Origin: Paramoeba atlantica
Taxonomy: Eukaryota > Protista > Discosea
Assembly: GCA_977017575.1 (NCBI GenBank)
Contig: CDRNVI010000066.1
Location: 186,001 to 250,000 of the forward strand
Direction of reading: 5' to 3'
DNA length: 64,000 nt
Under the pieces are notes generated by a model, which made no database searches, was not told the origin of the DNA, and was given only the letters and a program-made list of their open reading frames with translations. Made by a program: the position numbers and the translations under genes. Shown one piece after another: positions 1-10,566 of this stretch. The first letter of the stretch is position 1, and each line of letters starts with the position of its first letter.

Positions 1-534
1 TGCCGACGGTCCGACCCTGTAAAAGAGCAGCTAGGTGAGCTGGAAGCGTGGGTAGGGGGCGATGGTATAATGGTGTGGATGGGGGTAAGCATAAAGCATG
101 GATTTCATCTGCACATTTTTCCTAATAGAGATGAGCAGGGAAATAGAGTTACTGTGAACGGGGCTGTTTTCGAAGCTGCCATGACCAAGCGTAATGGTCT
201 TTTGAACCTACACAGGCACCGTGCAGTTGTTGCTATGGACAATTGCCCTGCGCACAACTTGGCAAGGCGTACTTTTCAGCAGCAAAACGTGCGAACGCTC
301 CCCTGGCCCGCAAAGTCACCGGATCTCAACCCCATCGAAAACTTGTGGAATATCATGGATCAGCACAAGGATCGCATGCGACCACGCAATCGCGCAGATC
401 TCCTCTCTTCTATCGAGAGTGCATACGAGGCACTTCAAACCGATCTCAAAAGTACTTGCGTGAAGACCATAAAGAGTGTCTCCAAGCGCTTTCAAATCGT
501 TATTGAGAAAAAAGGGGGAAATTGTGGGTACTGA
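1..534 (+). CDS. Tc1/mariner (DDE_3-type) transposase, C-terminal part; 5' end lies outside the window
   Basis: Frame is open from base 1. Motifs GGDGIMVWMG, MDNCPAH and WPAKSPDLNPIENLW match Tc1-family catalytic motifs. 32 residues lie between the second Asp and the Glu. Confidence 0.92.
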   Translation, partial: CRRSDPVKEQLGELEAWVGGDGIMVWMGVSIKHGFHLHIFPNRDEQGNRVTVNGAVFEAAMTKRNGLLNLHRHRAVVAMDNCPAHNLARRTFQQQNVRTLPWPAKSPDLNPIENLWNIMDQHKDRMRPRNRADLLSSIESAYEALQTDLKSTCVKTIKSVSKRFQIVIEKKGGNCGY

Positions 535-753
535 GATTTTTTTTTGGAAAAAAAGGACTTTTTCGCTTAAAAAATAAAGTTGCAATTCGTGTTTGGGACC
601 ATTCTAGCTTTCTTTGATTCCCGTAAACTTTCGCAGAGTGCTTTTTACGATTACACCAGACTATTTGAGAGCTCTCGAATGCGCTATTACTTTCCAAAAT
701 TGAACAAGTTTTACGAATTTTAGACCCCCCCACTCTGAAGGTGCCCACCCATG
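1..753 (+). mobile_element. Right part of a Tc1-like DNA transposon; right TIR about 667-753, followed by TA (754-755)
   Basis: 667-753 (GAGAGCTCTCGAATGCG...CAAAATTGAACAAG...CCCACCCATG|TA) aligns with the right TIR of the element at 60330-61105 and ends at a TA. Confidence 0.75.
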
Positions 754-1018
754 TATGGGCCCTACTATTATTATAAACATTAGGACGTGGATGACCCACT
801 TCTACGCGGGCAACATATTCTAAAGTATATTTTACTATGTGATAAAGTCAGACAGGGAGAAGAACGTTTGCAGTTAACTAGGCAGCAAGATGATAATCAA
901 AAAGATTAATTATCATTGAAGCATATGTATATCTTTGTCTCGATAGTTTATGAAATGCTCCACCGCGCGAGTTAAGTTCTAGTACATTTTCGTCATTACA
1001 AAGCCGTAATCGATTCCT

Positions 1019-2212
1019 TCACCCCATACTGACTAGATGCAGTTCCATTCTTTTCAGATAGTAATCCCCACAGCACGTTTGTACGGGTTGTACAGTACGG
1101 GACACGGCGTCACCTCCTCCATCCCCCTGCTGCTCCCCTGCGGACCGGTATCGGCCTTGCGTGATCCGTAGGACAGCGGGACCAACCTGGAAGCTCCCGA
1201 GCGGGACATTTTTCATTTTCCCGACCAGCACGGAGTGAATTGCATTCGCCAAAGGATTGTGACGATGAGTCGTCATCGTAGTAGAAGCCAATGTCGACGA
1301 CGAGCGCACTCGAGAAGACCAATAGGGAGCCTCTCCCGATAAATCATCCATGACCTCCTTGGTCGTTAATTTGTTCAGATCGCTATCGGGTGAACTCCAG
1401 TATTGGATTCCGGCCTGATCAACAAACATGGATAAAGTAGCGTCCACTGGGGTATCAAAATCAATGGGAGTGGTCTCATCTATTTTGGTAAAGCAAAGGT
1501 CAGGAGAGGGATGGGAGGGAATTTCTGTATGTTCGCCGCCTATCTCTGCTTCTGCGTTTGTGGCATCGTAAACGGGTGCGCAGTCACTATTGGATTCATT
1601 TTGATTCGTTTCCCGTCCCTCTTCGCCAAGTTCTTCAACAGGATTCTCGGATGAGGTCAGTGCATCTTGCATTAAGGCTTCCATCGAGACATCGGAGGAC
1701 GCCTTCGTGAAAGAGATTCGAGGGATTTTATTTCTGACTCCCTTTCTTTCGAAATTAGTAGGCCCACCTGTATGAGAACGGATATGATTTTGATTCATCT
1801 TTTGAATGCACCGGCACTCATTCACTACAATGAAGGGCATTACAGGAATAAAATCACTGAAGGTTAGCACGTTTCTTGATGTCTGCGAAGCCTTCGCTGA
1901 CATTGTTGATGTGCTGGGATCAGGTGCTGCAAGTGGAGCGTTTTCTTGGTGTAGTTCGCCTTCAGTGCCACCGTTTGCTTCTTGAGTCTCGCGGTACATC
2001 GTATGAAGCGGCATGAACCGTGTCAGTGAACGAATGTTATTGCTTTTTTCTCTCCAAACTTCTTCAAGCTCAAAAAGACGATCTGCGATAGTGCTGATCT
2101 TTTCAATTCCGAAATTTTTGTGCAGCGACAATGTACGGACTTGATGGAGTACATCGTTTATGATATGGTCGTTGTACTCGTGAAGCCAAGAGGAACCGAC
2201 AAGCGGTTGCAT
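1019..2212 (-). CDS. Probable divergent TFIIA large subunit (alpha/beta, TOA1-like)
   Basis: N-terminal YNDHIINDVLHQVR...LFELEEVWREK matches the TFIIA-alpha helices (Y..VIEDV..VR...LMELKTLWENK). It is followed by a long low-complexity acidic linker and a beta-strand-like C-terminus ending DYYLKRMELHL. Confidence 0.5.
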   Translation of the reverse strand: MQPLVGSSWLHEYNDHIINDVLHQVRTLSLHKNFGIEKISTIADRLFELEEVWREKSNNIRSLTRFMPLHTMYRETQEANGGTEGELHQENAPLAAPDPSTSTMSAKASQTSRNVLTFSDFIPVMPFIVVNECRCIQKMNQNHIRSHTGGPTNFERKGVRNKIPRISFTKASSDVSMEALMQDALTSSENPVEELGEEGRETNQNESNSDCAPVYDATNAEAEIGGEHTEIPSHPSPDLCFTKIDETTPIDFDTPVDATLSMFVDQAGIQYWSSPDSDLNKLTTKEVMDDLSGEAPYWSSRVRSSSTLASTTMTTHRHNPLANAIHSVLVGKMKNVPLGSFQVGPAVLRITQGRYRSAGEQQGDGGGDAVSRTVQPVQTCCGDYYLKRMELHLVSMG

Positions 2213-2382
2213 TTCAGTCTTTTATGGGCGCCGCTACGTCATTAATAATCATCTCTTTGTATTTATTCAAACTCTATGCAATAGATTCTATGAAATTCTA
2301 ATATGATGGTGTCTGATATCTTAACATCTTAATATCTTGCATCAAGCTGAAATACGTTCAGTGAAGAACTCTTGAATAGGGC

Positions 2383-3432
2383 TCAAATGTCATGGACCAA
2401 TGGCTCTAGTTCATTATTTCCGTACAACGGAATTAGGGCGTACAACGTGAGTGCTTGTAGTAAAGAGTTAAAATAGATAAGTGTCGTTGTATATGGACTC
2501 TTCAGTTCAACAAGAGTGCACATAAGGAGTCCGCACATGCCCCCCAAGGCGTTACAGTGAATAGATAAAAAGCTGATTCCCTTCATGCTGCGTTCACGGA
2601 TGCAGGTCGCTAATACGGGGAAATGTGCCACTATTTGAGTTATTGGTTTCAACCATGTGCTATATGTCATTGTACTCGGGTAGAAAGTAGCCAGCCACCA
2701 ACAAGGGACGGGGGTACAGCAAAAGTAAAGATACAACCGACGCCTTTCATATAAAGCAGCCTGAATCAATAAAATAAGAAGCTGTACTACACATATGACC
2801 GCGTAGACACGGGTCGGTAAGCGTTCACGAAGGACCATGTAATTCGTCATTAGAAATGAAGCGCCGAGCATTTTAATGCCAACAGCCAGAGAGCTATAAC
2901 CACGTACGCTCCCGCGTGAGCGATTTAACGCTATTTGGGGAACAGGCTGTAAAAGAAATATTACTGTTGCGATATACCCCATAAAATCTCCGAAGTAATG
3001 TCGCGGATGTGGCTTGTCAGTACATGAATCTCGGTCCACTTCGCATAAATTACTATGCCAATTTCGTGGTACAGGTATAGTTTTATTTATGGGCTGGTCA
3101 TGTTCTTCTAGTTCAGTACGCGGCAAGGAAACTATTTTTGTCGTGGCATTCTCATTCGATGAGCTCAAATGCGCCTCGGCAGGCTCTGTACTCGACTCGG
3201 TATCTTTCGCGTTGAGGCGTCTAATCTGAAGCATAGAGCTTTTCAGTCGTGCAACGTGCGTCGTCTTTGGAGAAGTCGACGAACATGATTCTTGCCATGA
3301 ATACACGTATTGTGAGGGCCTCCTAAACTTGGATGTGCGATAAATAAAAATATTGTGGTCACCACAGAGAAGTGCGATTACAAGTATGATGAAAATCCCG
3401 TTACGTATACGATTAGTTCTTGTACAGCACAT
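2383..3432 (-). CDS. PQ-loop repeat membrane transporter
   Basis: LLQPVPQIALNRSRGSVRGYS and a second degenerate loop (HFPVLATCIRERSMKGISF), with several hydrophobic helices. Confidence 0.8.
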   Translation of the reverse strand: MCCTRTNRIRNGIFIILVIALLCGDHNIFIYRTSKFRRPSQYVYSWQESCSSTSPKTTHVARLKSSMLQIRRLNAKDTESSTEPAEAHLSSSNENATTKIVSLPRTELEEHDQPINKTIPVPRNWHSNLCEVDRDSCTDKPHPRHYFGDFMGYIATVIFLLQPVPQIALNRSRGSVRGYSSLAVGIKMLGASFLMTNYMVLRERLPTRVYAVICVVQLLILLIQAALYERRRLYLYFCCTPVPCWWLATFYPSTMTYSTWLKPITQIVAHFPVLATCIRERSMKGISFLSIHCNALGGMCGLLMCTLVELKSPYTTTLIYFNSLLQALTLYALIPLYGNNELEPLVHDI

Positions 3433-3720
3433 TCTTTCATCGAACGATACTTCAGGCCCTATAGAAGCTCCATCTTTGAAGTCTGACGGATTTTTTCAGT
3501 TACGTTTTCACGAATCTGTAAGGTCCAAGTTTCGATTATCTCGGCGTATTCGACGAAAAACAAACATCTAGTTAACTGGGTAATATTGAATTCACCGTCA
3601 CTATATTGTATTATAAAATGTTTCGAATATTAGTAAAGGAGAAATGTAAAAGAGGACAAGGGGGGAAAAGTCGTAATTGTCTAAAGGGAGACCGTTCCTA
3701 TTTACACGTTTCTTTGACTA

Positions 3721-4212
3721 CTCCCCTTTCATAATTCTCTATAAATATAAATTATAAGTGTTTCGGCGATTTATATTTATATTATATAAAGCTTTATAAG
3801 TGTTTGGTACCAAGATGGATTTACTTATAAAAATATTTATATAAATTATGATCATTAGTTCTACTAGTTCTTATGCGCTTTCATGGGATGTTTGCATGAA
3901 TAGGTGACCGAATTTGATATGTAAAGTCACACACATTTGACCACATTGATGAATTTGATAAAAAAAGAGGACCGAAACAAAGAACCGAAAACGAAGTTTC
4001 TAAAACTATTAGACTGCTTAATGTCTGAAAAAGAAAAATCAAAATATGCATTTGACACGCGAATCAGAATGAGAAATACGCAAAGCGCCGCGAGCTCCGT
4101 ATTTTACCCTGCTCTTTTAGCGTTTTTCAGGCGTTTCAAAGTTTTATACAAATTTATATTAAACCATGAATCATTTTGGGCTCGAACTCATAAAGAATTA
4201 TGAAAGGGGGAG
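3721..4212. mobile_element. Non-autonomous TIR element (MITE), 492 bp, TA target duplication
   Basis: Left end TA|CTCCCCTTTCATAATTCTCTAT; right end reverse-complemented TA|CTCCCCCTTTCATAATTCTTTAT. AT-rich interior. Confidence 0.8.
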
Positions 4213-4781
4213 TATTCTTCTCATAAACTTCTATAAATACCTTTTCCAATTTTTCGGAAAATTTTTTTTACCCTCAACATTAACTTTGCCATCTCTCAAA
4301 AAGATTTTTCCTACGTAATAAATTGAACATACTTGACTTGGAAAAGCAGTACAACCTCCTCGCCAACGCACGAAGTAAGGGGAAGCATATGTGAAAGCCA
4401 ATGTGTGTGATGCGATTGAGTGGTTAGTCTCAAATGTTCCCTATTGAAACCCTCTCTGAAACAACACTTCAATTCATTATTTAAGAAATGCGTCGGCGAA
4501 TCTGACTTCTTCGGTATCCCCGTGCGCGAACCATATCTTTCGATGTTAGTGAATCAATTATTTATAATTTGACGGCGATTCAGATTCGGCTCAAGTAGTT
4601 GAGGAGCTGAAGGGAGTTCAGGAGGATACGAAAGAAATATTGACACCCTCATATCCTTCTTTGGTGCTCTAGATAAAGGATTTTGGCGTAGTTTTTATAC
4701 TCTGCCACTTCCCGGAGCTGGAAAAAAAGAAAATCAACAAAAATATTCCTCTCTTGTGCGGCCCTAGAGGGAGAGTAACAA

Positions 4782-6509
4782 TTATTCAAAAATCTCGGCA
4801 AATATATTTTTGTTGCCTAGCAGTTTGGGTGAACAGAATAAAGCTTCATTTTCTTTGAGACTTTTCTTCATAGTATAAGCAGACGCATTTATCAAACATC
4901 GTTCACCCTCATGTTCATTTCCACTGTAGGCACAAAAGGGTGGAATACAAAATCGTACAATGAAATTTCGTAGTATATTGAGGCTACTGTGACAAACCGC
5001 GAAAATCGTATGCATCACGCTCTCATCAACTGATGCACTTACGTAAGTTGATTCAATATTGGAGATGTCAACTGCAGATGCTACCTTAATCAAAATTTTG
5101 GGAATCATAACGTACAGCATAAGCTCATATTGGCCAAAAGAAAGTTCACTGTGCCTCACATCCCATTCTCGAAAAACACTCAATACTCTTTCTTCGCAAT
5201 ACCTCAACATTTTCCTAACAATTAAAATTCCGTCACATCTGTCACACAAATCACACAATTTTTGGCAGAAAATTGTAGAGCATGTAAGTGCGTCATTTGA
5301 GTCGTGGGAACGCGTGGACGGAAAATCTATAATATGCACGTAAAGAAACATCAATAATAAATCCCAAACTTCAATGTTGTGAGTCTGAAGATCGCATTGC
5401 TGTAAATTCCATTCAAATAGATGGGAATTGTAAAATGTAATGGGGAAAGATTCGTCATTAGTAGAATGCGAATTGTGTCCGGTATTACTTCTTCTGATTA
5501 AAAGAGCTTGGAAAGTGAGGGCGGTTCTAGCCTTACTGGCTGTCGAGTCCAATATCAAGAAGACAGAGGAGCACGACTCTAGCAATGCATCCCATATGCT
5601 GATTGCTCTTTTGGACAATGATTTATTGAAGCCTTCCTCAATCATCAGTAAACGACTAGCGTGAGAATAACATCGTAGCAAAAGCTCGTACCATGTGATA
5701 TTCCGTACAGAGTTAGACAATTTTCTCTGTTCATGTATTGGTGTCTGTACCTCCTGAATACTCCTATCTGCGCAAAAACGCGAAGAAAGGATTCGTAGCA
5801 ACTCTCCTATCCTTTCGAGAGGTAAAATTTCTAAGCGGTTAACTCCTAATAAAAGATTCAAACACCGGAGTGTCGCCCAAGTTCCTTTCTCAGCAAAACC
5901 TATACTGTGGACCAATAGCAGAGATAACAGCGTTGGGGCATTGGAACAAAAACATTGAAGCGCTTCATTATGCCGTGGGGAACAGAGGGGATCTAAAGTG
6001 AAGTGTAGCCAACTATCCAAAAGAAAGACGCCATCTAGGCGAATCGAGCTGTTCGCATCTGACAACGCAGTCCGGATCAAAGACTGTACAAGAGTTGCAA
6101 AAATTGGTGCATTACATCCATCTGATTGACATAAGAAACGAAATATAGCTCCCGCTTTTCGACGAATACTAGAATTCTCATGAACAAAATGACAGGAAAT
6201 TGCGCTTAGAAGCTCGTAGGACTCTAACGAGTCAACTGGAGCATCTAACCCTGTTACCAAAGTACGCTCAATGTTAGTAAGCGCTTGCAACTGCACTTTA
6301 TAGGAATAGTGCCGCAAATTCACAAGATAGAATTTCCACGTCTTTGCAGACTCTGGACTATCTTGTGCAACATTCGAAAAGGGGTCCTTCAAATGCAGCT
6401 TTACAGATGAGATTTCAATTTTTGTTGCTGTAGCTGGAGCAAGCTTCGTTTTTCCTATCTTTCTCTTTCGCGAAGTAAAATCTGCATTCTTCCGCTTTGC
6501 TTTTGTCAT
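4782..6509 (-). CDS. Ipi1/TEX10-like pre-rRNA processing protein (Rix1 complex)
   Basis: From ATG 6509: MTKAKRKNADFTSRKRKIGKTK...LVNLRHYSYKVQLQAL matches the Ipi1_N pattern, followed by HEAT-like helices. Confidence 0.7.
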   Translation of the reverse strand: MTKAKRKNADFTSRKRKIGKTKLAPATATKIEISSVKLHLKDPFSNVAQDSPESAKTWKFYLVNLRHYSYKVQLQALTNIERTLVTGLDAPVDSLESYELLSAISCHFVHENSSIRRKAGAIFRFLCQSDGCNAPIFATLVQSLIRTALSDANSSIRLDGVFLLDSWLHFTLDPLCSPRHNEALQCFCSNAPTLLSLLLVHSIGFAEKGTWATLRCLNLLLGVNRLEILPLERIGELLRILSSRFCADRSIQEVQTPIHEQRKLSNSVRNITWYELLLRCYSHASRLLMIEEGFNKSLSKRAISIWDALLESCSSVFLILDSTASKARTALTFQALLIRRSNTGHNSHSTNDESFPITFYNSHLFEWNLQQCDLQTHNIEVWDLLLMFLYVHIIDFPSTRSHDSNDALTCSTIFCQKLCDLCDRCDGILIVRKMLRYCEERVLSVFREWDVRHSELSFGQYELMLYVMIPKILIKVASAVDISNIESTYVSASVDESVMHTIFAVCHSSLNILRNFIVRFCIPPFCAYSGNEHEGERCLINASAYTMKKSLKENEALFCSPKLLGNKNIFAEIFE

Positions 6510-7024
6510 TTTGAAAAAATGATTACAGTACAACAAAATTTGTTTTACAGGTGTAATCTGAACTGTGTAAGCCACTAGGAACAACATGAAAAGGGTCACG
6601 CAGAACTGTGCGAAAACATATCGATCGAAATAGAGCTATACATGTATGTTCATCAGGATGTATGTCCATCCTGGATGTATGAACTATACGGACAGGAATA
6701 TAACACGAATATGACCATACAATTATCTGTTACAATAAACTTAGAGGAGAGTTGCTCTCTGGAGAGCTCTTTCTAGCGAGGGTGGTATCACCACCTTGAT
6801 GACATATCATGTCATCACTCAGCTCTGCGATAAACAATGAGACCAATGAAGTCAAAACCATGACGAGTTCCAATATTTACTAAAAGAAGCGATTCCGCAG
6901 ATACGTGCGCTCTCATTAATTTTTATGAATGACCTTTGGCACTTTTTTGCAAAATATTATAGTTTTTTTTGAGAGTAATATCCTTTTAAATTTTACTGAA
7001 GTACATTATTTCTATGTCCCCGAA

Positions 7025-7053
7025 ACGTCCTACGTCCCCAAGACGTAGGACGT
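7025..7053. repeat. Perfect hairpin with 12-bp arms
   Basis: ACGTCCTACGTC-CCCAA-GACGTAGGACGT, at the left edge of the antisense GC-rich block. Confidence 0.9.
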
Positions 7054-7195
7054 GAGCTTATCAGCTAAAGTGTTGTATATCACGTCTTCCATCTACCCTC
7101 TCTCATTACTATATCCCTGTACCTTGTTGTTTGTTTTCACTCCCTATTTGCGTAAGGAAAGCTCTCCCCCGCGGACGATTCCTCCTCTTTTCCAG

Positions 7196-8068
7196 ATGAA
7201 AGAGATATCCAATTTGTCGCCGAGCCACATTACTCCTCGCCCGGCGACCCCACCAGTCGAGCGCGTTCCTCAGTCTTCCACAGAAGTCAACACTTCGGAA
7301 CTAAGAAAAAGGACTCCCATTCCGATCGATTCGCCTTTCCCCCAACCGATTTTCCTTCCCGACAGCGAGAGAAAGGTTCCTTCCCCTCAGTCTGTTTTGC
7401 ACCCACCTCCATCCCCACCTCCCGTATCGCCCGCCCGAATTCACAATCTGCTATGCGAGATAGATCGGACGACCAATTTTCAGGGCACGCCGGACGGTTT
7501 CAGGACTCCACAGGTCGGGACTCAACAAACCGTATCGCCCGGGAGCGAGAACCACAATCGACGAAACCACTCCGAGAGGAAATGCTCGACAATTGACGAC
7601 TCCGGTCTTGTGGGACGAGATGTTATTCAGTCCTATCCTAACGGACACGGATTTCCGCCAGCCGGACATGGGAAGGTCGAAAAGGGGATGGTTGTCTCCA
7701 GTGTGGATGAGACGATCGGAGGAGCCAAGTGTGCAAACTCCTCCACGAGTGGAAGAAATAGGGGATCCAAATGTAGTGTCCTCAGAAAGCAGTTTAGGGA
7801 TCGTTCGAATGCTGCCGACATCCCCGCAAAAAAGAGCGAGCATTCCCTCCTATCTCAAAAACCCGCTCAGCTTAAGTCTGGATACGCCTCTGCGAACACG
7901 CAAACGCCACCGAGAACACCCCGTAGAGCTATCCCGCTATTTGAGGGACGAAGCAGAAGCAGCGGAGATTCACAATCAGCATTCTTGGGAGCCAGAGGCT
8001 CCTCCGACGAAGATCCACAAGAATACGGGGTTCAGCACCAATACGGGCGAGCCTGCACCAATCGGTAG
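7196..8068 (+). pseudogene. Pro/Ser-rich antisense ORF of unknown origin, probably a mobile-element relic
   Basis: Long plus-strand ORF (ATG 7196) overlapped by a second open frame (7593-8444). No recognisable domain; orientation is opposite to all host genes. Confidence 0.3.
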
Positions 8069-8866
8069 CCGCACCAATCGGTGCAGGCACCTTTCCTTGG
8101 GCAATTATGTACGCATTTGCGTCCTACCACTACTCCCCTGTACCTTGTTGCACCTTGTTTTTTTTCATTTTCCCCCATGCACCCCTTCGCCCCTGGGGAA
8201 GTTACCCCCCTTCCGCCGCCCACTTCACCCCCTAGCGCCGCCCCCTTCGCTATCCCCTCCACCCTGCTGCGTCGCCCTTCCCGCCACCTGTTCGCCCCCC
8301 CTCTTGGGGAGGGAGCTTGAGCTACCCCATACGCCGCCGCCGCGCTCCCCGCCACGCTCCCACCGTGCCACCCGCCACGCCTCCCGCCCTGCTTCCCCTT
8401 CCGCCGCCCCCTTCGCCGCCACCATTTCCGCCCCCACCGTCTAACCTTCTCCGTTACGCCCCACTTCGCTGCTGCGTTCGCCGCCCTTCCTCCGCCGCCG
8501 TTTTTCCCTCTTCCCTTACGCCCCACCCCCTTCACCCCTCATCAGCCCCCCGTGCCGCCCCGTGCACCGCTCCCCTGTGCCGCCCTCTTGGCCGCCCCTT
8601 CGCCGCCCTTGTGCAGCCCCTGACAACGCAGAATGAGAATGGCACCGCCCGGTACCGAATATAACAAGGTACTAGGTAACTAGGGTGGGTGCCATTCGGG
8701 CTAATGTTTTAGAGGACATTCTTCTCGGATGGACCCGGAGTGCACTCTGAAGATGAGCCCCTAAGGGGAACTTCATACCGCATTTCGGGTCGAGTACCGC
8801 TCATCTGCGGCTTGCAACTAGCCCACGAAAACGAGGCTAGGGCAATGATTCGGAGAGATAAGAGAT

Positions 8867-8980
8867 CGTTGAAGCTGAGGTTTAACCCTTTGAAGCTGGG
8901 GAGTCAAGTCCGCTCGAGGGTATGCCACCTTAGAAGACTTGATCCGTTGAAGCTGAGGAGCCTAAACCGTTGAAGCTGAG
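8867..8980 (+). repeat. Four copies of CGTTGAAGCTGAG in a 2x2 arrangement
   Basis: Copies start at 8867, 8888 (degenerate), 8945 and 8968. Confidence 0.8.
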
Positions 8981-9327
8981 ACTCGACACTCCCGAACTTT
9001 GGCAGCAAGCAGGCGGTGATGCAGTACTGATGCCTGCCTTTTTTACGGGTTTCCCCAAAAAACTGGCCATCTCCTATTGGAGACAAATACAAAGCCGCTG
9101 AATAAAGCGACGCCGGTAGTATTCATTGATTTAATCAGTGAGATACAAGCCAAAGTCATGGAAACATGGCTGGCTCGCACAGAAAATGGATTGCTAATAT
9201 TGGAAGTTCTCGACACTTAAATCGAGCAGCCCACAGCCCTTAGTGGCCAAAGCTCAGGGTGTTGGCTTAGCTTTATGTTGAGCCAGCGCCCTGTAATAGG
9301 GCTTAACATTTTAACATTTTAACATTA

Positions 9328-9668
9328 CTATATCCCTCTTGCTTATGAGTTCCCGGGTTTTGAGAAAAAGGAATTCATAAGCGTACCAGACCAGAATTCG
9401 AGCCATAAAAACTTCGAGCCATAAAAATTCGGTCCCACGGCGCTTCGCGCCGTGGGTTCTCCGTGACAATGATACGGGCGCTTAAAAGATTATCCGCTCG
9501 GTAAGCGAGTCCGTAGAGCAGCCCGACGTACGGTTGTTGGAAATTTTATGATTTTTTGTTCAGTGCAAAAATCGCTTCGCGAAAGGTGTGTACAAAGACA
9601 TTCGCCTTAGAAAAAGGAACTCATAAACGTACCAGAATTGGGGGAACTCATAAACAGGGGGGGTATAG
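9328..9668. mobile_element. MITE, 341 bp, TA TSD, CTATA-type ends
   Basis: Left TA|CTATATCCCTCTTGCTTATGAGTTCCC; right (rc) TA|CTATACCCCCCCTGTTTATGAGTTCCC. Internal direct repeat GAAAAAGGAA(T/C)TCATAA(G/A)CGTACCAGA near both ends, and a perfect 10-bp stem at 9434-9456. Confidence 0.8.
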
Positions 9669-10566
9669 TAATTTATCCCCCCCCTATTTGGTGTTTAGTA
9701 GAATTGGGCAAAATTAAACACTAGATAGGGAGAGAGATAAGATCAATGAAAAAGACGTGAAAAATTGATAAAAAAGGAAAACAATGAACGAAAAAAAACG
9801 TTGATGCCGAAACTACTCTCGAAAATTTTCGAAACGAACCAGCTGATGGTTCACCTACAACTACCTTGTTTTTTACCTCTCGTTTATTAGTTTAGTGAAA
9901 CGTTTTTAATTCTGACACTCCACGCGAGCGTTTGCATTGTCCTACTTTAAAAATTGTAATTTGAGTTCTATTTCTGTTCTCCGCGCTTCGGCCTCCATGA
10001 AATCCCCCACACTCTTAGTTCCACGCTTTTCAAGAGTTCTAACCTTTTGTTTAGTCTTGCAGAGTTTGTTACGCAGCCTCTTGATAAATTGTATTCTTGG
10101 CATTGATTTGTTTCTCCAAGGACTTCAATTGTTCGTCACTTGGATCTGAAATTAATTGTGGAACGGGTGCTTCCTTTTCAGGGGATAAAGAATCAAGGCT
10201 GGTATCGTCATCAGCTCCGCACGATACATCGGAGTTAAGACCCTTTATTCCCCCTACCGCTTCTAAAGGCTTTGCGTCTAACCCAAGCGACAATGGTCCA
10301 TTTCCTTGCGCTTCGGCACTATTTTTCCGGTGTTCTATGGTAATCTGAGTATGCCTGAAAAACAATTAACTAAAAACAAGTCTTGCAGCTCTTTCAAGGT
10401 TGGTCCCATTTTTCGTAAACGGGGTTGTACAAAAAAAATTTGCGGCGCCAATTTCTACGAAGCTTTGAAATTAGACACTAAATAGGGCGGGCAAGGTACT
10501 AAATAGTAAATAGGGGGGACGGTAATATAAATAAATTTTTATTTATAAATTCTTATTTTCGTTGTA

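Noticed and set aside
3937-4203. 88-aa plus-strand ORF
   Set aside because: TTG start, lies inside an AT-rich MITE, and has no transposase motif.
9040-9240. Hints of a tyrosine-recombinase C-terminus (GH...HGNW)
   Set aside because: Requires several invented frameshifts and crosses stop codons.
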